Source: Octopus bimaculoides
Taxonomy: Eukaryota
Direction: 5' to 3'
Length of the DNA: 63,298 nt
NCBI RefSeq assembly: GCF_001194135.2
Contig: NC_068997.1
Coordinates: forward strand, 26,747,598-26,810,895
The position numbers and the translations under genes were made by a program. A model generated the notes under the pieces. The model had not been told where the DNA came from. It did not search any database and worked only from the letters and a program-made list of their open reading frames with translations. Below are positions 49,806-61,236 of this stretch, in pieces. The first letter of the stretch is position 1, and each line of letters starts with the position of its first letter.

Positions 49806-50644
49806 GTAAGAGCACAGCCTAACCACCTCCACCACCACCTCCTCCTCCACCATTGTCCCCCCTCACTCCCACCTTTCCGTTTATTCATTTGCTTGGTACT
49901 GTTGTAGTCGTTGTTCATGCTCACCCTGGTGTTGTCATCATCATTGTTGTTGTTGTTGCTGCTACTACTGCTGCTGCTGCTGCCGCTCTTATGAATGTTG
50001 TTTTTTAATCATATTATTTTTACCGTTTTCTTATTTAGATGCTTGCAGTTTTAACTTGTATATGCATGTGTTTGGATAAATGGATGTATAAGCGTGTGTG
50101 TATGTAATATGCACATATGTATGAATGCATGTCTGCATGTCTACACACCTGTGCACATACACATCTATATACACACGTATATATGGAAATGTATACATAT
50201 GTTCATTTAAATTTTATCTGGTGTATACATATGTGTGTGCGTTTATGTGTGTATATATGTGTGTGTCTGCATAAGCACTTGCACAGAAAGCTGTGTGTGT
50301 TTGTACAGAAAGGTTATGACATCTGTTAAGATGCATGTGTGTATGTTAGAATGCAAGTTATAATTTCGGCATCATATATATATATATATATTTGCATATG
50401 TGTGTATGTGTACATTTGCATATGTAAGTATATATACATGTAGATACATAAATATGTATATATACATGCATATATATATATACAATTGCTGATGTGTGTG
50501 TGTGTGAATATGCATGCATGTATATATGTGTGTATATATATGACAGATTCAAACATGGAGTAACATGGGTGCAGTATTTAGCCCATGTTGAGACTAGATT
50601 TATCTTCTCTTTGGTTATTTTTTGTTTTTCTTTTATCACAACCG

Positions 50645-50682
<38 letters not shown>

Positions 50683-51254
50683 CACAGTTTTATTTACTTG
50701 TTTCTGTTTTGAACAGTCGGCACCACCACCACCACCGCCATCCCCTGCCCCACTCCCCAGTCCCTCTGTGACACACCTGGAATATCTTAGTGCATCTTTC
50801 TGCAAATATCAAAGACACCTTTCTCACTCATTTCACTGCGTAGTATTCTTCAATATTTTTGCAATATTCTTTCATTAGACAATTTTTGTTTCATAGAATT
50901 ACATTTTCTTTGTTAATGACTTTTGTTAGTGTTCTGGTTCTTGTCATTGTTTTTGTTATTGTTTGTTTGTTTTTTTGGTTGTTGTTTTTGTTTTGTCTTT
51001 GTCAATTTTTAATATCTCTGTTTTGTTTTTTCTAAAAATCTTAAATAGAACTTTCGATATTGTCTTTTTTTTTTTCTTATTACTTTTTACCAATTCCTTT
51101 TTTACTAATTCTGTCTTTTGACTTTTTGACCTCCAGTATTGCCTGGCACATGAAAGCATTTGAATAGATGGTGATCCTTGTGTGTGCGTGTGTGTGTGTG
51201 TGCACGCATGTGCGCGCATGATTCTTTTACTGTCAATGTTATGTGTGTGTAAGG

Positions 51255-51470
51255 GCGGTGAACTGGCAGAATCGTTAGCACGCTGGGCGAAATGCTTAGC
51301 GATATTTTGTGTTCTGAGTTCAAACTCCGCCGAAGTCGACTTTGCCTTTCATCCTTTCGGGGTCGATTAAATAAGTGCTAGTTATGCACTGGGGGTCGAT
51401 GTAATCGGCTTAACTTTGTCTGTCCTTGTTTGTCTCCTCTGTGTTTAGCCCTCTGTGGGCAATAAAGAAA
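51255..51470 (+). mobile_element. Well-preserved SINE family B copy
   Basis: GGCGGTGAACTGGCAGAATCGTTAGCACG...GAGTTCAAACTCCGCC...CCTTTCATCCTTTCGGGGTCGAT; CpG-rich, so young. Confidence 0.85.
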
Positions 51471-51876
51471 TAAATGTTATGTGTGTGTATATTTATGTAT
51501 GTATGTATGTATATATGGAAATCCTTAAAAAGATGTACATTGTTCTATGTGTGTGTTTGCATGTGAATATATGTGTACAGTTTCTTATATTCTCCATGTC
51601 ATATGTATGACACAATTCCCTGTATGTATGTGTATATATGTATGTGGATATTCTGTTTCATATATGTGCGTGTGTGTTTGTATTTATGTATATGTGAAAG
51701 TAGACGGACACAGTCCTGTTTGTGTGTGTATGTGTGTTTTTATGTATGTATGTGTGTATGGTTCTTATATATATTCTCTTTATTACTCTTATATATACAT
51801 GTGTGCGTGTTTGAATGTATTTATGTATGCATATGTATTTAATGATATTTTTAATATAATCTTTCATATTATATTC

Positions 51877-51932
<56 letters not shown>

Positions 51933-52756
51933 TTGTTATTACATTGAGTGTATATTGATTCTCTTTAACTTAACAGTATCATAATTAATTCACATTACTC
52001 TACTAAATAAATTAATAATATTTGTGTGAATGCATTTTGTGTGTGTCTTTGCTGTTCATATGTCTTTAAATTTTTTCTCGTGTTGGCAGTTTTAAACTAA
52101 TATGCAAATGTATTTTTACTGAAATACTTTTTTCTTTCAGACATAGTGTATATAGGAATAAATTATCTAATGTGTCCTTCCTTTCTTTTAAAATGGTTTT
52201 TTTTAAGATGGTAGTGTGATATTAGGGATTTATTTGCTGTTCTTAGCAACTGCAAGAGAGGCTCACTTGTCTCATTGCTTAGTTTTGTTTTTTGTTATCT
52301 TTGTATGGTCGTAGATCTGTACCCTGGTAGAGCAGGTTTCTCATCAAAGTCATTTAGTCTTGACTGTCTCCTCTTTTCAGATGAATTTGTCATGGCTGGA
52401 TGGCATAACTCATCTCAGACTAAGCTATCCTATGTTGTTTTTCTTTTTTCATTTTCTAAAAGATGTGGCTGCTATTTCTACTGATCATATGGAAACACTC
52501 ATTTACTGGTTGCTTTGTTATTGATGTAATTACAGGCATTGTATGTTAATTCTAAGGATAACTGGTGATTGGTCTGTTGGAATTATCAACCATACTGTTA
52601 AATTATGATATAGAATAAATTAAAAAATAGATTTAAAAAATCTGATTTTGGGAAAATGACATCTATGGCTTTATTAAAATGTTTAAAGCAACATATTGAG
52701 GTTTAAAGGTATCAGTTTAAAGAATTTTTTTTGTATTTTGGATGGTTCATCAGTTT

Positions 52757-53145
52757 AACGTTGCTCGCTGTCCACTGAGGTGCGGCCATCTTTGAACTGG
52801 TTTTACTACTCCTTTATTTGTGTTTTCCCCATGGCATCATCTCCAAAGGTCTTCTGAATCTTCTCGATAGTTTGGGCTTTTGTATCACCATGATTTTGGC
52901 AGAATTTGATACAGTATCTTTGCTCAATGCACTCAGTCATCTTGACTCAAAAAGAAAAATTGCACAGCATACTCTTCATGTCTGTCCTCAATGTGTCACT
53001 GCAGGCGAATGGCACAACCTACAGATATAAAAATGTTTGCACATGCTCCAGGAAGGATGCAGCCACCTAATACCCATGTGGATTTTGCACATGCATGATT
53101 ATTTTGTGCAAAAACTCAAGGTCGGATACTTTTTGACTACACCTC

Positions 53146-53146
<1 letters not shown>
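52757..53146 (-). mobile_element. 5' fragment of a mariner transposon
   Basis: Minus-strand TIR-like CGAGGTGTAGTCAAAAAGTATCCGACC next to (TA)n; N-terminal HTH remnant MTECIEQRYCIKFCQNHGDTKAQTIEKIQKTFGDDA...FKDGRTSVDSE from the ATG at 52940. Confidence 0.85.
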
Positions 53147-53192
<46 letters not shown>

Positions 53193-53964
53193 CTGTAGCT
53201 TAACAATCAGCTTTGAGAAGCTAATGTAAATAGTACAGAGACACTTGAGAAAGATTCATTTATGTATAATTCTTGAATGTTATCCAACCCAGCACTTTTT
53301 TCTTTCAATCAGTTTCTTTCAAAATACACAATTGCTATTTCATTGACCTTGCAGAATCATAATTTTTATTTGATATCTTTAATAGAAATAAAAACAGAAA
53401 AAAAGGAAAAGGAAAATTACATTGAGAAGTTTTTAATTTCATTAGATATTTTCTTAAGCTAAATCATTGGCATTATGTAGATATTTTCAGTAAAAATATT
53501 TTGGGAAGTTTTCTGTAAAACCGTTTTAATACTATGTTTGGTGTCTAATTTCGTATGGACTCAATATTGCCCATTGTTTGTGCATGGCATTAGTAAATTA
53601 AAAAACAGGTCACAAGTGATGTAATTGGAACAGAAGCCCACTAAAGTTATGTCCTATGTTTGTTGTATGTGGCATCATCTGGGAAACAGTTCTTCAAAAG
53701 GAGATGCTGGATTGTTCCATTTAGTTTTCGCAGTATCTCTGTGGAGAGTTTTGCTATTTGTGAATTTTTCAGAAGGAAAAAATCCCATCCAATCAATATT
53801 TGACTTGTTTAATATCTTTATATATTTTTTTTATATACATACATTCATGTGTAATATAAATATACAGATATAGGGCAGGGAATTGCCAATTAGTAATAAA
53901 ATTAATAATTAACAATTTTACCAAGTAGTTCAGTATGAAAAAACCCTTTATTGGTAAAACCATT

Positions 53965-54398
53965 TATAATCATAAATATATAGGGCTTAGCATGAGATGC
54001 TTCACCAACATACTGAAAATTTAGAAATAGCAGTCAAATAACTACTGATTCCAAACTACAAATTTTTCTCTAACGGATGGCAATATTTATGGCACACACA
54101 GAACAAAAACAGAAGAGAAAAGCAAAAACAAACCTGCCTTTAGTTAACCATGTACGACGTTTCACGGTTAAGAGTATAAAGCTACCCTACTCCGATCATC
54201 AGCATGGTGTTCGATAAATTTGAAAGTGTCTATATACTCATGGGAATTTGACCATGCGACATCAAAAACACATGAGCAAGGCATTCACAAAATTTATCGG
54301 CTAGTAAGTTCAAACACTTCACCCCAAGAATCTATTCCATGTGCGCCACAAATGTTGATGAAGCATCTCATGCTAAGCTCTATATATTTATGATTATA
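53965..54398. mobile_element. Probable Penelope-like element remnant with 46-bp inverted ends, containing the hammerhead
   Basis: 53965-54010 is the reverse complement of 54353-54398 with 2 mismatches; hammerhead inside; microsatellite-rich surroundings. Confidence 0.55.
54147..54208 (-). ncRNA. Minimal type I hammerhead ribozyme motif (Penelope-like element type)
   Basis: Minus strand: ACCAUG-CUGAUGA-UCGG...CCGU-GAAA-CGUCG-UA-CAUGGU; 6-bp helix I, near-palindromic mini helix III, GUA cleavage triplet; U.U at the base of helix II is atypical. Confidence 0.7.
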
Positions 54399-54422
54399 TT
54401 CATGTGTATGTACATTCATACA

Positions 54423-54463
<41 letters not shown>

Positions 54464-54689
54464 ATGTGTATGTGCGTGTGTGTGTGTGTGTATGTGCATG
54501 TGTGTGTGTGTATGTGCATGTGTGTGTGTGTGTGTGTGTGTAAACTTCTAATATTTATCCTAGATAAATAGACAGACAGAGAGACACACAGATAGATGTG
54601 TATTTATATATGTATGTATACATACACCCACATAAGATTATAAGAAAACCTACTGAGAGCCACAGAATGACTCTTGGAAAGTGTGAAGT

Positions 54690-55110
54690 TCCAGCCAAAC
54701 AGACATGGTAGTATTATAATACTGTAGATAAGTTATAAATGCTGAGAAACAGGCTTAGACAGGTGAAAGAAAGAGGAAAGAGTAGCAAAGAAGAGTATGA
54801 AGTAACTAGAAGACAAGTTGGATGTCAAGTGCACTTGACAAAGGAAGAAGAGGTTTTCACATATTCAACAATGTGAAGCATTCCAAGATTGCAAAGTAAT
54901 GTAGTAGAATGGAGGTATTGCTGGGGAGAAGTGTGTACAGAATGATAGCATTACACTTGTTCTTAATGATGCCAAAAAGAAAGAGGCATGGAATTGCTAT
55001 TATGAGAAGTTGTTGAAAGACGAGAATGAATGGGAGAATGTATTTACCTCAAGTAGACCCAACAGAGAGATTAGCCATTCTAGTTGACAATAACATGGTC
55101 ACCTGTACAA
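54690..55110 (+). mobile_element. Decayed RTE-clade LINE ORF2 fragment
   Basis: Broken frames give GEKCVQND..TLVLNDAKKKEAWNCYYEKLLKDENEWE, resembling the RTE endonuclease-RT linker. Confidence 0.6.
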
Positions 55111-56249
55111 TTAAGTCTTCAGCATTTAAACTAACCATATTCAACCCAAATATTCTACCAGTTTTATGTTCAGACTGGCCAGCTCCAGCCTCTCACACCT
55201 ACCCTACATTGTCATTCTAAAAATAAACAGTTACATCATTGAAATCTAAAAGCTACAAGATAATGCATGATTAAAATTAATGTGAATAAATGGACATTAC
55301 ATTTGACAAATCTGAATATTTAAGGGTTAACATTTGAAGACAAGGAAAACAACTAGACTGTGAAGAATAGTTGCTGTGACACTTGAAATATCTGTCAAAA
55401 TAAGTCCTGTGGGAGTCACTTGTATAGTTAACCAGATAATACAGTGAGATATCATACTATCAATATGAACTACTGTTTACTTCTTGCTTCACACTGTTGC
55501 TTGATGAGGCCAGGATCATCCCATGTTAATAGTCCCAGAGTTGTCATCAGAAGAGCTACACCTGAGATTTTTTTGTCATGGTCTCCAAAATTGTTGTGGT
55601 ATTTCAGTAACAATTCATGGTTTAGAGTTTAGAGTTTCTTTTCTGAATGATTTCTTTATAGTTTCACCAATATTTTTGTTGTTTTTGTTTGGTCATTCCA
55701 AATAGTTTTTGTTGTTTTCTTTTAACTTTGCATCTCATTTCTGTCATCACATTTGTCAGTTGTTCATCTAAAACCAAAGTAGTTTTGGTAGTCTTAGTTT
55801 TTCTGACAGACATTCTCTTAGTTTTATCTTCTTAGCTTTTTCTTTGTTATTTTATTTTTTCTCACAATTAAAAAAAATCCATGAATTTCATTTCCATTTC
55901 AATTTACAGTAGAATAATTAAATGTCATGGTCATATGCCATTTTTTCTCTCTTTTCTAATTTCTAGACATTTTAAAATTCTTTTTTAAAAAAAAAAAAAA
56001 AAAAAAAANNNNNNNNNNTATGAGTGCTCTTTTATATATTTTTTTTTCAATCTCAATAATTTTCATTGTTCTTTTTTTTTTTTTTTATAAATTGCTCTAT
56101 TTTACAATATATTTCATCTGTAATAGTATGCTAATTAGAAACCCATGTTGTATTTGCATGTTGATAATTCAGTGAAAGTGATTTTAATGAAATGTTTCCT
56201 TTTTCTTCTCACTCTCTTTCTCACTCTCTCACTCTCTCTGACTCATCAG

Positions 56250-56310
56250 ATAATTCAGAGAAATGTCACTGGTGTCAGAAGAATTGGAGCTCACCCCCAT
56301 CTACCTCACT
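56250..56310 (+). CDS. DMXL2: DMXL exon (phase 0-1), start of C-terminal WD40 block
   Basis: actcatcag / T-gtaagt; IIQRNVTGVRRIGAHPHLPH. Confidence 0.93.
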
Positions 56311-57592
56311 GTAAGTCAATCATTTCTGATTTTTGTTACTGTTTACTATTTGTAGCTCACAAATATATGCACACACACACACACACACACACATACACAC
56401 TCTAGTAATATGATAATCAAATTGGGTAGTATTTCATGTTCAGATCGATCCAATGATAACAGGTGTACAATTAACTTCTATTCCTTTTGTCCTTGTTAAA
56501 ATTCAAATTCTAGTGGCATTGTCTACACTACACTGCATTAGACATACCAAGTAATACAAAGCCAGCAACACACACCAACATGACTTCATCCAGAAGATAA
56601 GGCTATGTTAGTCTAGGAACATTGTCTTGACCTTGTGGTGGTTGTAAATGGTTATCACCATCATATAAGTGAGGTTGCTCATTTCCAATCTTCCATGAAA
56701 AACATGGCTGGCCATGAGAAATATTATTGTGCCTGGAAACAAGTGAGGGTTGGCAGTAGGAAGGACATCCTGCTGTAGAAAATCTGAATCAACGCATTCC
56801 ATTGAAGCCATGTAAGCAATGGGAAAGTAGACTTTAAAACAATGGTGATAGTGACAGATATAAATAGCAACTGTTTACTTTAAAGTTTGACTACTAAAAT
56901 TGGTTTTAGAAAACAAAGGATGCTTTGAGAAGTTAGTTTTTAAGTAGCCTTGTTTCTGCTTGACAAGTTGGTTTGACCCTGAACTTTTTTTTTGTGTCTT
57001 GTAAAAGTTGGCAATCAATCTACTCTTCATACTTTGTATTTCTGTATTCGTAGTGAGATAAGGAAAGCAATGCATAGAGGTGCAGTGGTATTGTATTATC
57101 AAAAATGAATGAATGTCATCATCATACAAGTGTTGTCCTTTGTTTCCAGTCTTCCTTGAAAACATGTCAGGCCATGGAGAGATATTACTTTTCATGGAAA
57201 CAGATGAGGCAAGAAGGGCATTTAGCTGTAGAAGATCTGGCTTCATGAATTCCTTCCAATCCATGTGAGCATTGAAAAAGTGGATGTTAAAACGAATATG
57301 TTGATATTTTATATATATATATATATATTTCACTTAGATATTGTGAAACAAATGGCCTTGTGTAGAACTGAACTCAACTACGAGTCCACTGTATTTGATA
57401 ACAGAAACAGTTGTGAGCTACTGAAGTTCATAAGATAATCTCTTATTCCTTTGTCATCTCATTTTCTTATGTGTGTACACACACACACACTCACACACAA
57501 TGAAATATGTGGCTTTTGAAATGCTTGTTGTAAACACAAGATTATTGTATTGTCTATTATTTATTGTTGTTTCACTGAACATGTTCATACAG

Positions 57593-57723
57593 ATCTGACC
57601 GGGAGCACTGATGGCAGTGTCCGCATGTGGGAGTGGGGCCATCACCAGCCATTGTCTCTGCTACGACAGCCTGGCTGTTTCTCAAAGGTCACCCGTACCC
57701 TGTTCAATGCCCAAGGTAATAAG
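57593..57723 (+). CDS. DMXL2: DMXL exon (phase 1-0)
   Basis: ttcatacag / AAG-gtaaga; YLTGSTDGSVRMWEW...FNAQGNK. Confidence 0.96.
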
Positions 57724-58629
57724 GTAAGAATCACTTTCAAACTACTTTCTTCATAGTTACCATCTCTCTTGATTCTGCTGCAATTTGAGTGAAAGCATTA
57801 TGTTTACATACTTTGTTGACATGCAAGAGGTTTTGCTGCTCTTTCAAAGACCAGTGAAATAAAATGTATCCCTCAAGTAAGGGTTGGTGACAGGCAGGGC
57901 ATCCAGCCATAAAACATTGCTTCAAATAAACCTTGCCCAACCCATTCGAGAATCGATAAGCAGACATTGAACAATCAATATTTAACGATTGAGGGGAAAG
58001 TTGTTGACAATGTCTTTGATATGCTTGGTTCATCCTTAATATTGCACCTGCTCGCAAACCAGAAGGTATGAGAGCCACTGCCTGATATTGCATCAGGGCA
58101 TTTATTATTCTTATGATTATTAAGGCAGCAAATTAGCAGAAACGTTACAACAGGGGGAATGCTTGACGGCATTTCATCCATCTTTACATTCTGAGTACAA
58201 ATTCCACCAAGGTTGACTTTGGCTTTCTTCCTTTTGGGGTCAATGAAATAAGTACCAGTTGAGCGTGGGTTGATTTAATCGACTTGGTCCCTCCCTCACA
58301 CAAGAAATATTAATTTTCCCCACAAACAGGGAACATTGAAGCAGACAATCTGACACACTGTTATTAACTGATCACCCACAATCCTCAAAGGCTGCATATA
58401 TACATTAATGCAAACCTATCCATCATGCTTATACACAAGATTGAAATATCCAAGATGTTGTTTCACTTGCTCTTAGCTTTCTCTCTTTCTCTCTCTCTCT
58501 GTTTCACACAACTCTGTTTGATGTTCAACATACTACAATCTGACATTGATAATCTATAAAAAAAAAAAAACACACTGGTTGTCTTTTCTGGTTTTATTGG
58601 TTGAGTAATGGGAAATATTGAAAAGAAAC

Positions 58630-59047
58630 TTTGTGTGTGTTTGTGTGTGCTCATGTATGTTTGTGCATATGTGTGTTTGTATGTCTGTTTATGTGTATGT
58701 TTGTGTTGTTTTGTGGGTTTGTGTTGATTTGTGGGTCTGTGTTGATGTGTCTGTATATGCATATCTGTGTATGTGTGCATATCTGGAATATTAGTGTGTA
58801 TCTTAGTGCCTCTAGTGTTGGATTTTGTGTATACATGCCAGCATGGAAGGTGGACGGCAAATGATGATGATGTTTGTGTGTGTATTGTGCCTCTGTGCCT
58901 GTTTATATATATATATATCTATATATCTGTATCTACATATCTTTGTGTACGTGTGCATGTATATGTATATGTAAGTGTTTGTGTTCAATGTGTCTGTGTT
59001 CCCGTCTGTATATATGTTTGTGTTTCTGTATGTGATTGTGTGTGTCT

Positions 59048-59123
<76 letters not shown>

Positions 59124-59240
59124 CTGTGTGTGTATGTATATGCCTCTCTATATGTATCTGTATGTCTCTGTCTCCATTCATCTGTGTGCATGTGTATATG
59201 TTTCTATGCTCTCTGTATATATGTGTGTGTGTGTGTGTGT
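58630..59240. repeat. Compound (TG)n/(TA)n microsatellite field
   Basis: Read directly; similar fields at 50050-50680, 51480-51930 and 54420-54540. Confidence 0.9.
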
Positions 59241-59446
59241 CAATTATTGATTTCAAATTTGATTGTTTTCCCTCTCTGCTCATTGTTGTATTGTTTCTTT
59301 GTTTTGTTGTTCTGTTTCCCAGAAGTATTTCAGATGGAAAGGTTACGAGTTCAAATTGGACCAGACATTTCTCCATTTATCATCAGAAAAAAAACATAGT
59401 GTCGTATTTCATTGAAGGATTTACTTTTATTCTCTTATCGTTTCAG

Positions 59447-59524
59447 TGTTGTGTCAGCGACGCTGAGGGATCAGTGTGCCTCTGGCAAGTTGGTATTGGA
59501 AGCAATTTCAATAAACCAATTATG
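59447..59524 (+). CDS. DMXL2: DMXL exon (phase 0-0)
   Basis: cgtttcag / ATG-gtatga; CCVSDAEGSVCLWQVGIGSNFNKPIM. Confidence 0.93.
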
Positions 59525-59983
59525 GTATGATATTTATTAATTAATCAATTAATTAACTAAAAAGTATGTCAACCTTAATCTTCTTTCCTGTATTACTTCA
59601 TATTTTAACTCCTGCTTCTAAAACCATTGGAAAAGTTTTTTGGTATTTCATCTGACTTTCTATGTTCTGGGTTCAAATACTACCATTGTTAACTTTGCTT
59701 TTCATCTCTCCAGGCTCAATAGAATAAAGTAGGGGGTGGGGTCAATGATGTCAACTATCCTATTCCTTCAAAATAACTGGCCCTGTGCCAAAATTTGAAA
59801 TTATTGTTATTATTCTACTGGGGTCAACTCTGCGTTTCATCCTTCCAGGGTCAATAAAATATGTACCAGTCAAATACTGGGGTCGATGTAATTGATTTAG
59901 CTCCCCTCCCCTCAAAAACTGCTGACCCTATGCCAAAATTTGAAACCACCATTATTATTGTCTCTTTTGTTTTTCATTTCCAG

Positions 59984-60128
59984 AGTTTACAATGTCATAA
60001 CAAAACAACCAGTGATTTTACCTTTGTTGGTTCCTGCAGTCTTATTGCAACAGCTGGCCATTCTTCAGAGAGTAAAAATGTTTGTCTTTGGGACACCTTG
60101 CTACCAACACGAAGTGCCCTTGTCCATC
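59984..60128 (+). CDS. DMXL2: DMXL exon (phase 0-1)
   Basis: catttccag / C-gtcagt; SLQCHNKTTSDFTFVGSCSLIATAGHSSESKNVCLWDTLLP. Confidence 0.96.
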
Positions 60129-60979
60129 GTCAGTACCACCTGCTTTATCAATCATCTCCTCCTCTTCCTCCTTCTTTGTATCACTAAGATTCACCAGTTT
60201 CACCTTCTTTATCACCTCCTCCTCTCTGTTGTTATTCTTTAATTTTTTTCTTTTTTATTTTGTCTTATTTTTTTCCTTTTTTTTTTTTCTTTGTTATCGT
60301 TACCCTCTGAAATTACTGGTATTAGTAAAGTTGTATATGTATCCTTGTTTTTTATGATGTTTGGTTCCAAAAAGACAGTGATAAATAAATCCTCTCCACA
60401 CACTTTGTAAGTAGAATGAAAGCTGATTCATTAGCGGCACCATCACATATTTTCTTGACTGTCTCTACCGTTTTTCATTTTTTTTTTAAATGCATTCTTC
60501 TGTATTGTTTCTCAATATCAGGAGCCTTTGTATTTTTTCTGTTCACTGGTTCCATGTTGATGGTTGCAAGTACATAAGCCATATAAATTATATGCACTGC
60601 CTTGCAGCTCAGTCATGTAAACACAAGCAATAGACAGTGTATTGAGGATTGTGGTTGTAGTAACTGGAACATGTATATTTGTCATGCTCATAATGCATGT
60701 AACAGGTATAATCTGAGGTAACCTTATCCAATATGTCCTTCCTGTTGTTGTAGTTTATCCACTCAACTCAGCCTTTTTTCAGACCTACTGATGTGTGTTA
60801 AAGGATTTCAGCTATGACTATCCCATCTTAATATTTTATTTCAGACATCATGGTCTTGAATTATATAATATGGCTTTCTTCCAAAACGGGACCATCAGCT
60901 CAAGCTACCACATTAAGACTCGTGTATTTTACATATATTCTTGTGTGTTTCTTATATTGCCTGGTGGAATCCTTGTTAA

Positions 60980-61110
60980 TACTATTGACTGAAAGAATCC
61001 TCCAAGTTATTGTCGACACTATTGACTGATGAAATCCCTCTAACTGTTGACAGCATTGACCGAAGGACCCCCTCCCCACAACTGTCGATACTGTTGACTG
61101 AAGGCATGCC
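60980..61110. repeat. Degenerate tandem repeat, about 38-bp unit
   Basis: Recurring TACTATTGACTGAAG..CCCTC..AACTGT(C/T)GA. Confidence 0.6.
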
Positions 61111-61146
61111 TCTATCTAATTATCGAAATTATTTACTATTTTCCAG

Positions 61147-61236
61147 CATTTACCTGTCATGAACACGGAAGCCCAGCAATTGTCTATGCTCCACAGCATC
61201 AACTCATTATCAGTGGCGGCAGAAAGGGAGAAATTT
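61147..61236 (+). CDS. DMXL2: DMXL exon (phase 1-1), followed by a U12-type intron
   Basis: ttttccag / T-gtatcctttt; FTCHEHGSPAIVYAPQHQLIISGGRKGEI. Confidence 0.95.

Noticed and set aside
51255-51345. tRNA-like A/B-box sequence as a tRNA gene
   Set aside because: It is the head of a SINE, continues into the family core, and gives no complete cloverleaf.
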